Positions 27,650-40,948 of a DNA stretch of 64,000 bases are shown here, one piece after another (within the stretch, counting starts at the first letter, position 1; each line of letters starts with the position of its first letter). The DNA is from Eledone cirrhosa (Eukaryota), in the NCBI GenBank assembly GCA_964016885.1, contig OZ024751.1:5270001-5334000 (forward strand), given 5' to 3'. The translations under genes were made by a program, and so were the position numbers. Under the pieces are notes generated by a model. The model was not told the DNA's origin, ran no database searches, and worked only from the letters and a program-made list of their open reading frames with translations.

Positions 27650-27800
27650 TCAGTACTAGACTGGTACTTTTTTTTATCGACCTGAAATTGAAATGGATGA
27701 AAGGCAAAGTTGAACTCAGGATTTGAAATCAGAGAGCAGAAAGCCGAAACAAATACCACAAAGTATTCTATCCGACCTTCTAACGACTTTGGAAATTAGT
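27650..27800 (-). mobile_element. SINE copy, diverged
   Basis: CTGGTACTTTTTTTTATCGAC..GGATGAAAGGCAAAGTTGA..GGATTTGAA. Confidence 0.65.
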
Positions 27801-28759
27801 CGCCTAATGTCTATTTTATCTTTAATCTATTTTGATTGCAGAGTGAAATAATCAAGCAGTCCTTGAAATATGGTGCTATTGCATCGCTACAGTTCAATGA
27901 CTGTAACCAGTGAAAGATATAAATGAAATATTATATAATCTAATTGCAAAGGACTAAGAAACAGAGAATTAATTTTAAAATAAAGTAGACCGGATAATAT
28001 TAAGCAGAAGTTTTTCTATAACGAAGTGTTACATAATTATAATTTGAAATCTCTTCATCTTAATTACATTTCTTTAGAGAGAATAAGAGATAAGTTTCAT
28101 ATATTTTACGATTGTAAAATAGGAAGGTATAAATTCTATTGGAGAGAATAATAGTCTAGAAATCAATGTCTTGAAGTATGAAGTATTTCAATGACTAACT
28201 TAATACGTCGTTGATAGTTCAATCAAATTGTTACGGTCATAGGAGTAAAATTGCAAATGCATTCTTGTCTCATGATCGATATTCTAATCAATAAACATTG
28301 CTGATAGGTTATTTTAACAATAGCAATTGAAATATTTGATGTATTTTCGAAATTCTTTGTCTACCATCCTACTTATTTGATATCGTAATCATCAAGCACA
28401 AATTGACTATCGAATTGAAAACCAATGAACTATCATTTCGTAGTTCGAATAAAGTTCAGGTGCTTCTAGAAGATTCTCAAATTTTCAAATTTACCTCCCT
28501 AAAGTAAGGCCGCTAGGAAATTGGCTAAATTCTACACAACAACAGAAAAATATTCTTACCTCTACCCCTGGTCATTGAAAGTAATCCCCGGCAATCAATT
28601 TCTAAACGATGATAGCTAAGGTCTTCCTGATTAAACGGTGTGCCTCCATAGAAATAACATCAAAGCCCAACATCACACAGAATCAGAGCTTGTAATAACT
28701 GAAACACTAATAAAATTTTATATCTTCCGGTAAGTATTTCCTTGAAGTTAGGTTTTGAT

Positions 28760-28776
28760 GCACGCACACGCACGTA

Positions 28777-28871
<95 letters not shown>

Positions 28872-29031
28872 ACACACACACACACACACACATATGCACA
28901 CGCATGGTGGCAAACACATGCATTTACCAATCATACATCTGTATATATATATACATATATATACACATACACGCACACACACGCACACAGACATATCAGC
29001 ATAGAACTAGTTTTAAATTAAGACGATTATT

Positions 29032-29084
<53 letters not shown>

Positions 29085-29130
29085 CATGTATATGTGTATA
29101 TATATATATAAATATATACACACACAAACA
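28760..29130. repeat. (CA)n and (TA)n microsatellites
   Basis: Direct reading. Confidence 0.95.
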
Positions 29131-29270
29131 CTCAATTGTTTAACCTTTAACCCAAATAAGATCGAACTGTAACTTTCACAACAGACAGTCTTCAAATATT
29201 CAAACACTGTTACATTTAATTTTATTTGTTTCTTTGTTTCTTTTCTTTTCTTTATCCTTTTTTTTTGCTG

Positions 29271-29271
29271 C

Positions 29272-29357
<86 letters not shown>
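29271..29357. repeat. (TATC)n microsatellite
   Basis: Direct reading. Confidence 0.95.
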
Positions 29358-32300
29358 CTCCCGTTGAAATGTTTCCCCACCCTACTCAACACCCCCACCA
29401 CAACTGAAATAGAGATTGAACAACCCGATCTCCAGGAAACGAAAAGGTAAGTGCACCTTTTCGTCCTTTTCACCAACTCTTCTCCACCAATATGGCTGAC
29501 TTACGAGTTGGAAGCGTGAATGTGCATCGCCTAGGGATGCCCTGGAAGCAGCCCTTAGGTCACAAGGTATAGATGTAGTAGCCATCAACGAGTCCAGGAT
29601 CCACAACAGGGAACAACTAACCCCCATCTTCAATGACTTTGAGATCTACGCATCTCTCTGTCAGCCAGGAGGTGGGGGAGGAGTGACTGTCATGTTTCGG
29701 AAAAACCTGGATCTCGAAGTACAGCAAGTACACTTGGACCCGGGAGGTAGACTGGTAGTCCTAGACGTGAACAGTATTGGAGGTGGAGCCTTCAGACTGG
29801 TGGCGGTTTATGCCCCGACTGGGCAATCGCAATCGCGGCCAGACTTCTTTAAGCGTCTAGAGACTTTTCTGGGAACGTCTCACTCCTTGCTTTTAGTGGG
29901 AGACTGGAATGGTATCCTAGATGCACGATGGGACTATGTGGGAGCAGTCCCAGTAGAGGGGTGCAACAGCCTCAAAAATCTAATCGGTCAATTCCAACTG
30001 GCCGATAGATATCGACTAGATTTCCCGACTGCACCTCAGTGGACGTGGGCAAACCGCAGCGGGACATCTAGATCGTATCTAGATAGGTTTTACATTAGAG
30101 AGAAGGACAAGAAGATGTTAAGCTGTCCACAAATGCACATGGTTGCCTATTTAGATCACAAACTAGTCGTCTGCATAGTCAACCGTGATAGAATACATAT
30201 ATAGACATGGACCCGGATACTGAAAGCTGAACCTGTCGTTGCAGGCACGAAAAGCCTACCATGAACGGATAAGTAGATTAGTTAAGCATCGTCAACAATA
30301 GATGGTGGTACTCTCTCAAGAGAACAATTAGAGTAAAGTCGATAGCTTTTAGCAAAGAACTAGCCTTAGAGAAAAACAAAACAGAAACAGAACTAATAGC
30401 CAAGGTAGAGGAGGTGCTTAGGAGTGGCAACGCAGCTAGAGTGCTAGCATCGAGAACAGCACTGGGCCAGTTCTTCGACGCGAAACACGAAGGCTGCGTG
30501 GTCAGAAGTAAATCACGTGCTCTAGGAAACGAGGGAGCAAAAGCTGTTAGCTGGGCTCGAGTGGCGGAAGCAAAAAAGTGGCACGATTCGGTCTTTGAAA
30601 GACCAAAACAGACGCGTGCTACTTGACCCCAAGCACATGTGCGCAGCATTTCAGCGGCACTTTGTGCAACTGTTCGTGCAGATTGACGGTGCGCCGAACA
30701 GAGCAATGGACTTCGGTTGATACCTCGAGGGCCTGCCGCGTCTCTTGAGCATGGACGCCGAGTTCTACGAAAGACTGATCACAGCCACTGAGTTACGGGA
30801 CGTTCTGGGCCACTGTGGGAAACGCAAATCACCCGGTCTAGATGATCTACCCTATAGGCATGCCGGACTTGTTCTCTGGCGTCCTCGAAGCCATCTACTG
30901 CAACTGGCAGCAGAACGGGAGAATTCCCAGTTCTGCAGGCAGGGGCGTAGTAACGAGACACATGGGGTGGGGTGGGGGGGACGAACTAAGCAACTTTAGG
31001 CCCATAACTCTCTCAACACAGAGTTAAAGATTTTGGCCAAGGTGCTAGCAACGAGGCTGGCGCTTGTCATCGAGAAACTGGTAGGAAAAGCGCAAACATG
31101 TGCAATCCAGATCAGGTGCATACACGAGAACCTCCACCTCATGCGATACATCATAGAAAGGGTGGGGTGTAAACCCGGCTTCGGTGGAGCTCTGATCACT
31201 TGAGATCAGTCTAAGGCGTTCGATAGGGTCGACAATCGATTCTTGGAAGCGGTTCTCAAGGCGGCCGATTTCGGACCCGTTTTCAGAGGCTGGATCAAAG
31301 CAATGCACACCAACATCTGCTCGACGGTCAAGGTGAACAGCTACCCATCGGAGCCGTTCGCAATCACGCGTTCCATCCGAGAGGGATGCCCTCTCTCCTC
31401 CATTCTGTACGTACTGACTCTAAAGCCAATACTGCGCTGGTGGAAGTTAGAGCTTCTGGAGGGCATCCCGTTCGAACCGGGACTGCGGAAAGCGGCGTTG
31501 GATTATACTGACGACGTGACAGAAATGGTGTCGGAAACCTCGGAAATCGGGGCAATCGGCTACTTACTGCAAGAATACGAAAGGCTCACAAGAGCAAAAC
31601 TGAACCCGGACAAGTCTGTCGGTTTGCAACTCGGAACGTGGAGAGGCAAACCGATGCCGTCCAACAGTGTCGTCGGACGCTGGACGGAAGGACCAGTGAA
31701 ATTGCTTGGGGTCTGCTTAAGTCCGGACCTCCAGGTGGAGAAAAACTGGAACGAGGTCACAGCCAAGGTATTTGCGGGGAAAGAGAAGTGGGCAGAGTGC
31801 AAACTATCCTTGAAAGGTCGAGCGGAGGTGGCGAATACTTTCATAGCGTCCGTCATCTACTACCGCTTGACTGCCGTGCCTTGTCAACGTGAATACCTCA
31901 CCAAGATGGAACGCATGCTCTTCCAGTTCCTGTGGAAGAAGCAGGCTCCACTGGTGAGGAGATCCGTCTGCACCCTTCCAACGGAGGACCGGGCATGCCT
32001 TGGCTGATGATGCGCAACACGCTGAGGCTACACATCCCCAGGTATTCCTCACCGAACATCCGGTGTGGGCCCCGTTTGTGAGACAGGCCTTCCCACAACT
32101 TATCTCGCTGACGGAGCTGCAGTCCTGGGTCAAGCGGAGACCGAAGAAAATGGGCGCCTGGCATATTGAATGCGCTCAGGTGCTTACAGTCCTCTTTCAA
32201 GCGGACACAGAAACCAGTGGAGACTGCACTTCGACATTTTACAGAGGGTTAGTACGTTACAAATCCGACCACGTGCTCGGAGAGACTCTGGGCGTCGAAG

Positions 32301-33101
32301 ACGACGAGCTCGCCAGTCTATACGGTAGGACTTTCCACCTGGGACCCATGGACAACTTCCAGAGGTCTCTGGCCTGGCAGTACTACCGAGGAGCTCTACC
32401 AGTTTGAGACACGATCTACAGACACGGACGCCCCGGTAGGGATCCTTCCAAGGGGACGTGTCCAAGATGCAAGGAGGACACTGAAACCATCTTGCATGCA
32501 ATTGTACACTGCCCGGGCGTAACCGACCTGTTGAGCTACGCAGAACAACTGCTGTCACGTATGGGACAAATCCAGTTGATTGCCGAGTCCATAGTAAGGA
32601 TCAAACCGTCAACTTCTTTCAAAAACGAAAGAGAGGCGGTTTTCCTCTGTATAGTGGCTATAGTAAAAAAGGTTATATGGTGGACGAGATTGAGAGGACT
32701 GAGGACAGATGCCTTTCTCTTCGGACAACAATGATTCCCTTAAGTATCACTTTGGAAGGAGAATCAGAGTGGAGAGAGAGGCACTGCACCCCAGTAAATT
32801 TACTAAAAGGTGGGTGAATGTTGCAAAAATGGCCCGAGTGATTAGGCCTTCTCTGTATATAAAGCTCTAGGTTGAAGATGAGAGAAAAATGAGGAAAGGA
32901 CACTTGCACAACACACTCCTGGAGTTGAGGGTTGTTCTATCTACTTAAACAACCCATTTGTAACGCCTCCCCCCTATTGGGGATTTTGATTGTTGAATTT
33001 GTTTGTTTAAACATTTTTTTTTTTACACGATTGTATGTAAAATCCCCGGCATATTTCCTTGTATTGTCCCCTTTCTGGTGCGCCCTTGTGGCAAATAAAA
33101 A
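29358..33101 (+). mobile_element. Decayed 5'-truncated L1/Tx1-type LINE (ORF2 pseudogene), relative of the 56653 element
   Basis: Collinear peptides FRLVAVYAPTG, LLVGDWNGILDARWD, SYLDR, DQSKAFDRVD, REGCPLS, YTDD, GPMDNFQRSLAWQ. Many stops and frameshifts; AATAAA at 33094. Confidence 0.92.
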
Positions 33102-33441
33102 ATATATCTATCTAGCTATCGTCATTAACATTCTGTTTCTTTTCATTTTTCTCTTGTCCTTCTCTTCCTCTCTCCACATTTCTCTCACTCTCTCAATCTC
33201 TCTCTTTATCTCCCACCCTCTCTCTCTTTCTCTCGATATCTATTCATCTTTCCTTTCTTCCGTCAGTTTTTACGTCACATCCGGTCACTTCACTGATGTT
33301 GTGTATTTAATAATTTACTACTTCCTCTTTGACTTCCTCATCATCTTCTCATCTTTATTATTTGTTCTATAGTGTCATCAGAACCTTTGTGTTAGAAAGA
33401 TATCATAATCTTAATGAATAGCATCATTATGCATTATGTGT

Positions 33442-33565
33442 ACCACCACTACCATCACCACCGCCACCACCAATACCACCACCACCACCATCCCAGTATC
33501 ACCACCACCACTACCATCACCACAACTACCATCACCACCACTACCACTACCACCACCACCAGCAG
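33442..33565. repeat. (CAC)n-type trinucleotide tract
   Basis: Direct reading. Confidence 0.9.
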
Positions 33566-33712
33566 GACCACTAAGTGTGGCTTAGTTTGACTCAACAAGA
33601 CGTTTCCATAGTGATGCTGCGAGTTCGCGGTGATTTCTATGTAGTTTATACTTGGAGTAATAATAATTCAAGAAAGAAGAGTGACATGGTTTGCTATACA
33701 ATTAGGGCTTTA

Positions 33713-33834
33713 TTCACATTGCTGACAATTGTTTCTTTGATCTGGTAGGTCTAGAGTTCGCTCCCGCCTAATTTTGCTTCAATCGATCTCCAATACTTTG
33801 TATATAACCAGTCGTTTTCATCAGAGCACGCGAA
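33713..33834 (-). ncRNA. Type I hammerhead ribozyme with long stem II (mirror of 35271-35385)
   Basis: Minus strand: TTCGCGTGCT-CTGATGA-(about 80 nt)-GAAA-CAATTG-TC-AGCAATGTGAA. Confidence 0.7.
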
Positions 33835-35270
33835 ATGAAGAAGATACACAAGGCATGGCTTTTATATAGGTGTGGTATTAAACCAGAACAATAATATCAA
33901 TAATAAAATAAAATAACTAGATAACAAATAGTTAAAATAATAACATCAATGTAATTAAGAAATAGAGTATAATGATGAATCTAGCATGTTAAACGAACTG
34001 ATATGATACAGATGTATGAAATTGACATGTAAAAACTGCTATAGGGTACATTAGATATAGTGTTAGGGTGGCGACGAGATAACAATAACAACTAATATGT
34101 ACTTGGAGACAGGATTTATGAGGTATCTGCTATGCTGTAGGTATGCTGGCAATAAACCGGAGATTTACTTATTGTTTGAGAGATAAACATTTTCGTTTTA
34201 TTAATTTAGTGAGGATGATAGTTTTTATGTGGTGTTAAGTGGAGTTGTAGATTCGTTATTTAAGTGGCCTATACTAAAGGTAGAGATTGTTAGTTCGAAT
34301 CATGGGGGTTTAGTTTTCACAGCATCAATAACAAATCGTGTATAAATAAGACAGTAATAACAACAATAATAGAAACAATAAAGGTAATAAAATAGTAAAA
34401 TATGGATGGTAGATATAGAGAACATGATGAAAAACCTTGATTACAATATTAGCTGGTCGAAATTGGCGGCCGCAAAGACATATAGCAGCGGTATGTCCCA
34501 CTCAGGGCTATGCAACCTTGAATTGCTGCATATCTTATGGAACGATAAAATGCTACTCAACAGCAAAATAGAAAGGTCAATTTTCTGCAGACATAGGATT
34601 GCTACAAAATTCGCGAGATTTAAACCACCGTGATTCGAACCAACATCACTTAGCATTTAACATATGAAATCCGCATTCTCACACAGCCCACTACAGAACC
34701 ATAATCTTCTATAAACACCTTCTAGCCTCCCTAATTCTATACCACTGGGATGTGGCAGTAATGTCTACAACTATCTTATCAGCCCATAAATCAATCCCAT
34801 CTTAGCTGTTATTCACTCCTTCGGACCAAACAATTATATCTCACATTAGCATTCATGATCTCTAACAGATGAACTTAATTCTAAGTACATAATCCTATTA
34901 CTCCTACACTCCTTGAAATCTTACTTTCCTCTTATTCTTCTTCTTATTATTATGAACATCTCAATGTATCCTTAATAAATCCCTCATAAATCCTGTCTCC
35001 AAGTACATTTTAGTTGTTACTGTTATCTCGTCGCCACCTTAACACTATATCTATTGTACCCTATAGCAGTTTTCACATGTCAATTTCATACATCTGCATC
35101 ATATCAGTTCGTTTAATATGCTAGATTCATCATTATACTCTATTTCTTAATTACATTGATGTTATTATTTTAACTATTTGCTATCTGGTTATTTTATTTT
35201 ATTATTGATATTATTGTTCTGGTTTAATACCACACCTATATAAAAGCCATGCCTTGTGTATCTTCTTCAT

Positions 35271-35385
35271 TTCGCGTGCTCTGATGAAAATGACTTGTTA
35301 TAAACAAAGTATTGGAGATCGATTGACGCAAAATCAGGCGGGTAGCGACCTACCAGATCAGAGAAACAATTGTCAGCAATGTGAA
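35271..35385 (+). ncRNA. Type I hammerhead ribozyme with long stem II
   Basis: Stem I TTCGCG-TGCT/AGCA-a-TGTGAA; CTGATGA 35281; GAAA 35363; palindromic CAATTG; GUC cleavage triplet 35372-35374. Confidence 0.72.
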
Positions 35386-35429
35386 TAAAGCCCTTATTGT
35401 ATAGCGAACCATGTCACTCTTCTTTCTTG

Positions 35430-35464
<35 letters not shown>

Positions 35465-35650
35465 TTTGTTGGTTTACCACTGGATAGAACTGATAATTCC
35501 GTATGGTCAACCACGACGTAATATTATGGAGAGCACTCAACGTAATGTAACTCACCCGTCTTCGTTTGTGTGGTTGGTGGTGCGAGTACGGAGTTAATTA
35601 TTATAAAATAACAGGAGGCTGGACTGGTGTAATTCCTTAAAAGGTTTATT

Positions 35651-35708
35651 ATACTATGAACATTTCAATGACCGGGTTTAGTATGAATCCGGTGAGATCC
35701 TCAGGTAT
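35651..35708 (-). ncRNA. Candidate minimal hammerhead ribozyme
   Basis: Minus strand: ATAC-CTGAGGA-tctc-ACCGG..CCGGT-catt-GAAA-TGTTCA-TA-GTAT. Confidence 0.5.
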
Positions 35709-36939
35709 TCGAAATATAACAAAGGAATATAATAGACAAAATCCATGGGGCTGAAAATCATGAGGGCGACCGAACATTTAGCAGCTTCTACCCCTTGAAG
35801 GAAATCCCTTGTAATATTTGTTCAGCACCATGTTACACAGATGCGTCCGTCTTACCCTCAGCATAAGAAATACCCCGGGGCAAAGATTGGCCTGACGTGG
35901 CCACTCAAGTTACGTTGAGTTCTATTTAACACTATGGCAGGTCCTCTGTTTGTAAAGACGGAGGTGTAGCTACTATTTCTTGTAGATCAAGTAGTCATAT
36001 AAAGACTCCCTCTTTGATTTGATGTAATTAAGTATTTCATTATAGGTTTACCGTTTGAATACACCACTATGTTGTTTATTAGTTTCATACTGTCCAACTA
36101 ATGTTTGGAACATTGCCACCCTAATTCCCAATGTGACATAAATTGTCTAATATAATCAGTCTAATAGAATAATAGACAGATATAAACTGTCCAATATAAT
36201 TTACAGATAGAATATAGCAACAGTTTTTGTTTAAACAGACATGAAACAAGCATGTGAGACACTTGAGTGCATTACTAATTGCCGTGTGGTATTTGCTTTT
36301 TGCTTCCTTTGTTTCAAATATTGATTTTATTGTTGTAATTATTGTTATTGTTGTTGTTGCAGTTATTGTTGTTCCCTATGTGTAAGTAAGTAATATATTT
36401 GTGTAGAAGTTTTATACTTCAAATACTAAAATGACTTATTTAAGACACGTCTAAATATTGTTGTAAATATTCCACTAATAATAAAAAAAAAAAAAAAAAA
36501 AAATTATGTAGTGTAAGACATACATAGGTTTTATTTTCTGAAAATTTCGTCTGCCTGATATTATTAGAGTTGTTTCCCCTGCTTATATTTTCAGATATTA
36601 AAATCCCATAGATGCTGTTTTTTTCTTACAATCTAGCCTGGATAATGGAAGTTTGTCAAAATTTCCAACAGTGTGAGAACCAAAATTATTTTACTTTTAC
36701 GATCAAGTCGATGTTTAATTGAGAACAGATACAATCGATATAATTAATTATTGGATTGAGTTGATTTATCGATTAGATCGACTAATTTTGTCCCCTATAA
36801 ATAACTTTGTGCCGTACAAAAACATCCAATTGGTTTAGCACAAATGCAGACCTGTCATCATTTTATAAATATTCGAGGGAGGAAAGATTCAACATGTTGG
36901 TATCAACAGAATTTGATCAAAGATAATAAGGGATATATA

Positions 36940-37260
36940 GGTGGAGAATTGGTAGAGTCGTTAGAACGTCGGATAGAATGCTTTATTGTATTCGTTCCGG
37001 CTCTCTGCTACGGAGTTCGAATCCCGCTGAGGTCAACTTTGCTTTCAACCATTCGATGTCAATAAAAAAAAGTACCAGTCTAGTACTGGGGTTAATTTTC
37101 CTCTTTATCTCTTTCTCATTTCCTCTCTCTCACTTTCTATCTTTCTCTGGAAGAAATCTGCTGTACTCAGGCCTAGAGAGGAGAAGGACACCGCCAGGTT
37201 AAAACATTGCCCTGGAAACGCGGCCTACCACTCCATCATAAGTTATGGGAGAGCGTAGAT
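36940..37260 (+). mobile_element. SINE plus downstream module; the same composite occurs at 55803-56110
   Basis: Both have GAATTGG.AGAGTCGTTAGAACGTCG..AAGTACC.GTCTAGTACTGGGG followed by TTCTCTGGAAGAAATCTGCTGTACTCAGGCCT.GAGAGG. Confidence 0.7.
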
Positions 37261-37490
37261 TAACGGATTTGAAAAAAACTAACACAATAATAAATTTAAT
37301 TTAGTTCATGGTCAATATTTTCTGGCAGCTTGTTACCTTCCGACAGACGCATGCCTGACTCTGTGGTTAAGAAAACATTCCATTAACACGTGGTTTCGGG
37401 TTGAGTCCTCTAGCACATAGAAATCTATCGACAGTTTATTTGGGATACACTTTTGAATTCAATTCACAGTTAAATCTTTACACCCATATA

Positions 37491-37570
<80 letters not shown>

Positions 37571-37670
37571 CTATCTATCACTGTCTATATATATGAATAT
37601 ATGTATCTACATATATATACATATATACGTACATATGTATATATATGTGTATATATATATATATATATAC

Positions 37671-37731
<61 letters not shown>

Positions 37732-37855
37732 TCAAAATAAAGATCCGAAGGCATTGTATAAACCTTACTATATAACAACTCTGTATATATATATATATAA
37801 ACGGAAAAAATGAAACGAAATTTCATTTTCCACTCTTAGTACGGCTGTTACTTAA

Positions 37856-38241
37856 ATATAAGTATGAACACGTACATACATATATGTATACAGACGTACA
37901 GTAGTATGTATATATACATACATGCACACATATATATATGTACGTATGGATTCACCGAACATTTATTATAGTGCTCGGTGTGTTTGTAAACAAACATCCC
38001 GTATTAAGCCGTAGTGTCCAGCAACCATCGTTGCTCGTTTGTTCAACACTGACAAAGGAACGCTGTACTAGTTTCAAGCTTATTAGCTATCGTCAGCAAC
38101 GTATACCTTCCTGCCAGATTGTTGAACGTATATACTTACCTTATGCATATTAACGGCTGAGTAGCCCAATATGCATATCGAGTGGGTTAATCGGCCGTAC
38201 TACTGTAAGTCTGTATACATATATGTATGTACGTGTACATA

Positions 38242-38250
<9 letters not shown>
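37856..38250. repeat. Inverted repeat with about 50-bp arms and about 290-bp spacer
   Basis: ATAAGTATGAACACGTACATACATATATGTATACAGAC versus GTCTGTATACATATATGTATGTACGTGTACATACTTAT. Confidence 0.75.
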
Positions 38251-38278
<28 letters not shown>

Positions 38279-38366
38279 TGTGTGTGTGTCTGTGTGTATG
38301 TGTATCCCGGGTTGAATCGGGGATAACCACAGTAAGTAAGGCACTCAATACATACAATATTTAATA

Positions 38367-38482
38367 TAGAAATGGCTCCTACAGGTCTAGAACTGTTTTA
38401 TTTGAAGGAAATCACCAGAAAAAGGCTTTCCTGATGATTTCCTTCGAGTGAAACAGTTCGAGTTTGTAGAAGTTATTTCTAT
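38367..38482. repeat. Imperfect fold-back carrying a hammerhead-like core (CTGATGA 38431, GAAA 38450); related sequence at 49958-50030
   Basis: GAACTGTTTTATTTGAAGGAAATCACCAG versus CTGATGATTTCCTTCGAGTGAAACAGTTC. Confidence 0.65.
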
Positions 38483-38499
38483 ACCAAATATTATACACA

Positions 38500-38599
<100 letters not shown>

Positions 38600-39957
38600 C
38601 ACATATACACACACATACACACATATATGTACACACAACGTGAGAGAACAGTGAGTGATACATATAAATATTGCTTTATATGTTGTGTCATTAAATATAT
38701 ATAAAACCCTACATATTCCAGATGTACAAGGATTTATATCGCTTCATGTATGTGTGTGCCTATGCATTACATTTTCTTGTGTCTATGCGTGTGTACATAT
38801 ATGTATGCGTGTATATGTGTGTGTATGTGTCTGTATTGTGTCTGTATATGTGTGTGTGTGTGGGTGTGTATATATGTGTGTGTATGCGTATATATATATG
38901 TGTATATATTGTTTGTATGTGTGTATATGTGTGTGTATGTGTGTATGCGTGTATATGTGTGTATATGTGTGTATGTATGTGCATGTATGTGTGTGTTGTT
39001 TGTTTGTGCTTCATTTAGGTTTTTAACGGCGAAACTTTTAAGTAATTCCTGAATGGATTCCAAGTGAAAGGTGATTTTATAAAAGAAACCTTCTTGTAAA
39101 CAAGTAGTTCCATGAGATATAAAACCGATATTTATGGGAGACCCAACAAGAAATCAGTTAACATAACTTAATGGCATCCGTTTAAATAGACACGAATAAA
39201 CGGAGTCAGAATTTACAATTAAGTTTTAATTATATATTTGTAAATAGCAGTAACAAAATTGATGTTTAATGGTTAGTTTCTGAGTACAGAGCCTAAATAA
39301 AAGGACGAAATAAAATTTCACAAACGAATATTAAATTTTGTTTGTTTTTCCACTCGCTAGGAATTGATAATGATATGAGAAATAATCAAATATATTTGAA
39401 ATTTCTAATCAATATGTTTTTGTTTCTAAATTGAATTTCCAATACTAGACAATACCATCGTGACTTTAATTTCGTCCTTCAAAAGTTTCTGGCTTCAAAT
39501 ATTTTTGATGTCGTTTTGCTTTGTTTCAATAAGACATGGATGAAATTAGTACAAGTAATTACTAGCAGTAATTTATGTCTTTCAGTCACTCTCACCCGGT
39601 ACTCTGACAATAGGTATCTATCAAGAAGGCTAACAGTTCTATCTCAAATCAAATTGTGAACATTTAAAATTTATACTTCTTAATCAAGAAATATATTTAG
39701 TATTGAAAATGTTAAAGATAAAATTAAATATTAAAATTGATAAAAGAATTACATTTCAAATTTAAATCAGAATGTTGAATGTAAATCGAAAATTAAAAAT
39801 CCAGTTTCAATATTATGAATTTAAAATAAAACTTGAGCAGCTTTAAATGTGAGAATAAGTATCGGATTTAACAGTGCATCGACAGAACTCCGATGTTGCT
39901 TACATACACAGACACACACACATTCATATATATATATATAATATTTATATATATATA

Positions 39958-40037
<80 letters not shown>

Positions 40038-40071
40038 ATATTAACAAATGGAAACTATATTTATAAAACCA

Positions 40072-40137
40072 TATTTTATTATACATATTTCAATGGCCAC
40101 CAAGGCAAAATATGGTGCGCTTTCATCAGATAAAATA
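40072..40137 (-). ncRNA. Type I minimal hammerhead ribozyme (family A, minus)
   Basis: Mirror of 40293-40358, with a few stem II substitutions. Confidence 0.65.
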
Positions 40138-40292
40138 CAATACAGATTAGTTTTATAAATAAATATTGACATATCCTGAAAAAAGACAACCTTAACGGTT
40201 GGAGCTTCCTGGACTATCCAGGGAGCTCCAAGCGTTAAGGTGGTCTTTTTTCAGGGTATGTCAATATTTATTTATAAAACTAATCTGTATTG

Positions 40293-40358
40293 TATTTTAT
40301 CTGATGAAAGCGCAACATATTTTGCCTTCGAGGCCATTGAAATATGTATAATAAAATA
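40293..40358 (+). ncRNA. Type I minimal hammerhead ribozyme (family A)
   Basis: TATTTTAT-CTGATGA(40301)-stem II-GAAA(40339)-TATGTA-TA-ATAAAATA; perfect 8-bp stem I. Confidence 0.7.
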
Positions 40359-40917
40359 AATATGAAGTTGTAACAACAACGAAACTAGTCCAATATTCCT
40401 TGTCTGGCTTTCTGGAGAATAGAGGAAAGGTGTTTCCTCAAAAACCAGTATGACTCTAAAAACCGGTTTGTCTGTGTGTTTACATACAGAATAGCTGGCC
40501 ACTCACAGTAAAGTGACCAGTGAAAAAACTTGGTACATCTACATATGTATACGTGTGTGTATTCATATACATACTAGTATTTCAGTATACATATATGGAT
40601 GTACATCTTTAACTTAATTGTTTAAGCGTCAGTCATACAAAAGTGAGTTACAAACGAAACGAAATTTAATTTCGTTTCGTTATTTGTTTTTATCGTCTCC
40701 AAAATAAATATGGTTTAATAAATATAGTTTCCATTTATTAATATATTGTATATTTACTCTACTAATTTGTTGAGTGCTTTATATCAGTTATAAAAATGTT
40801 TAAGCTTGTTGAATCCCAACAAATTAAATATAACCTCTGCATATATATATGTATATTTATACATACAAATATCTATCTATCTCCCCCTCCCCCTTTCCCT
40901 CTCTCTCTCTCTCTCTC

Positions 40918-40948
<31 letters not shown>

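Larger units (their letters stand above)
33662..35434. mobile_element. Large inverted-repeat element (arms about 33662-34123 and 34982-35434, spacer about 860 bp); probable PLE derivative
   Basis: Arms are near reverse complements over about 450 bp. Inner short inversion 34293-34311 versus 34620-34640. Right end abuts (TA)n. Confidence 0.85.
40033..40840. mobile_element. Family A fold-back element (centre about 40215); right arm interrupted by a 336-bp insert (40365-40700)
   Basis: Reverse-complement arms. AAAATAAATATG is duplicated at 40353-40364 and 40701-40712. (TA)n flanks. Confidence 0.85.
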
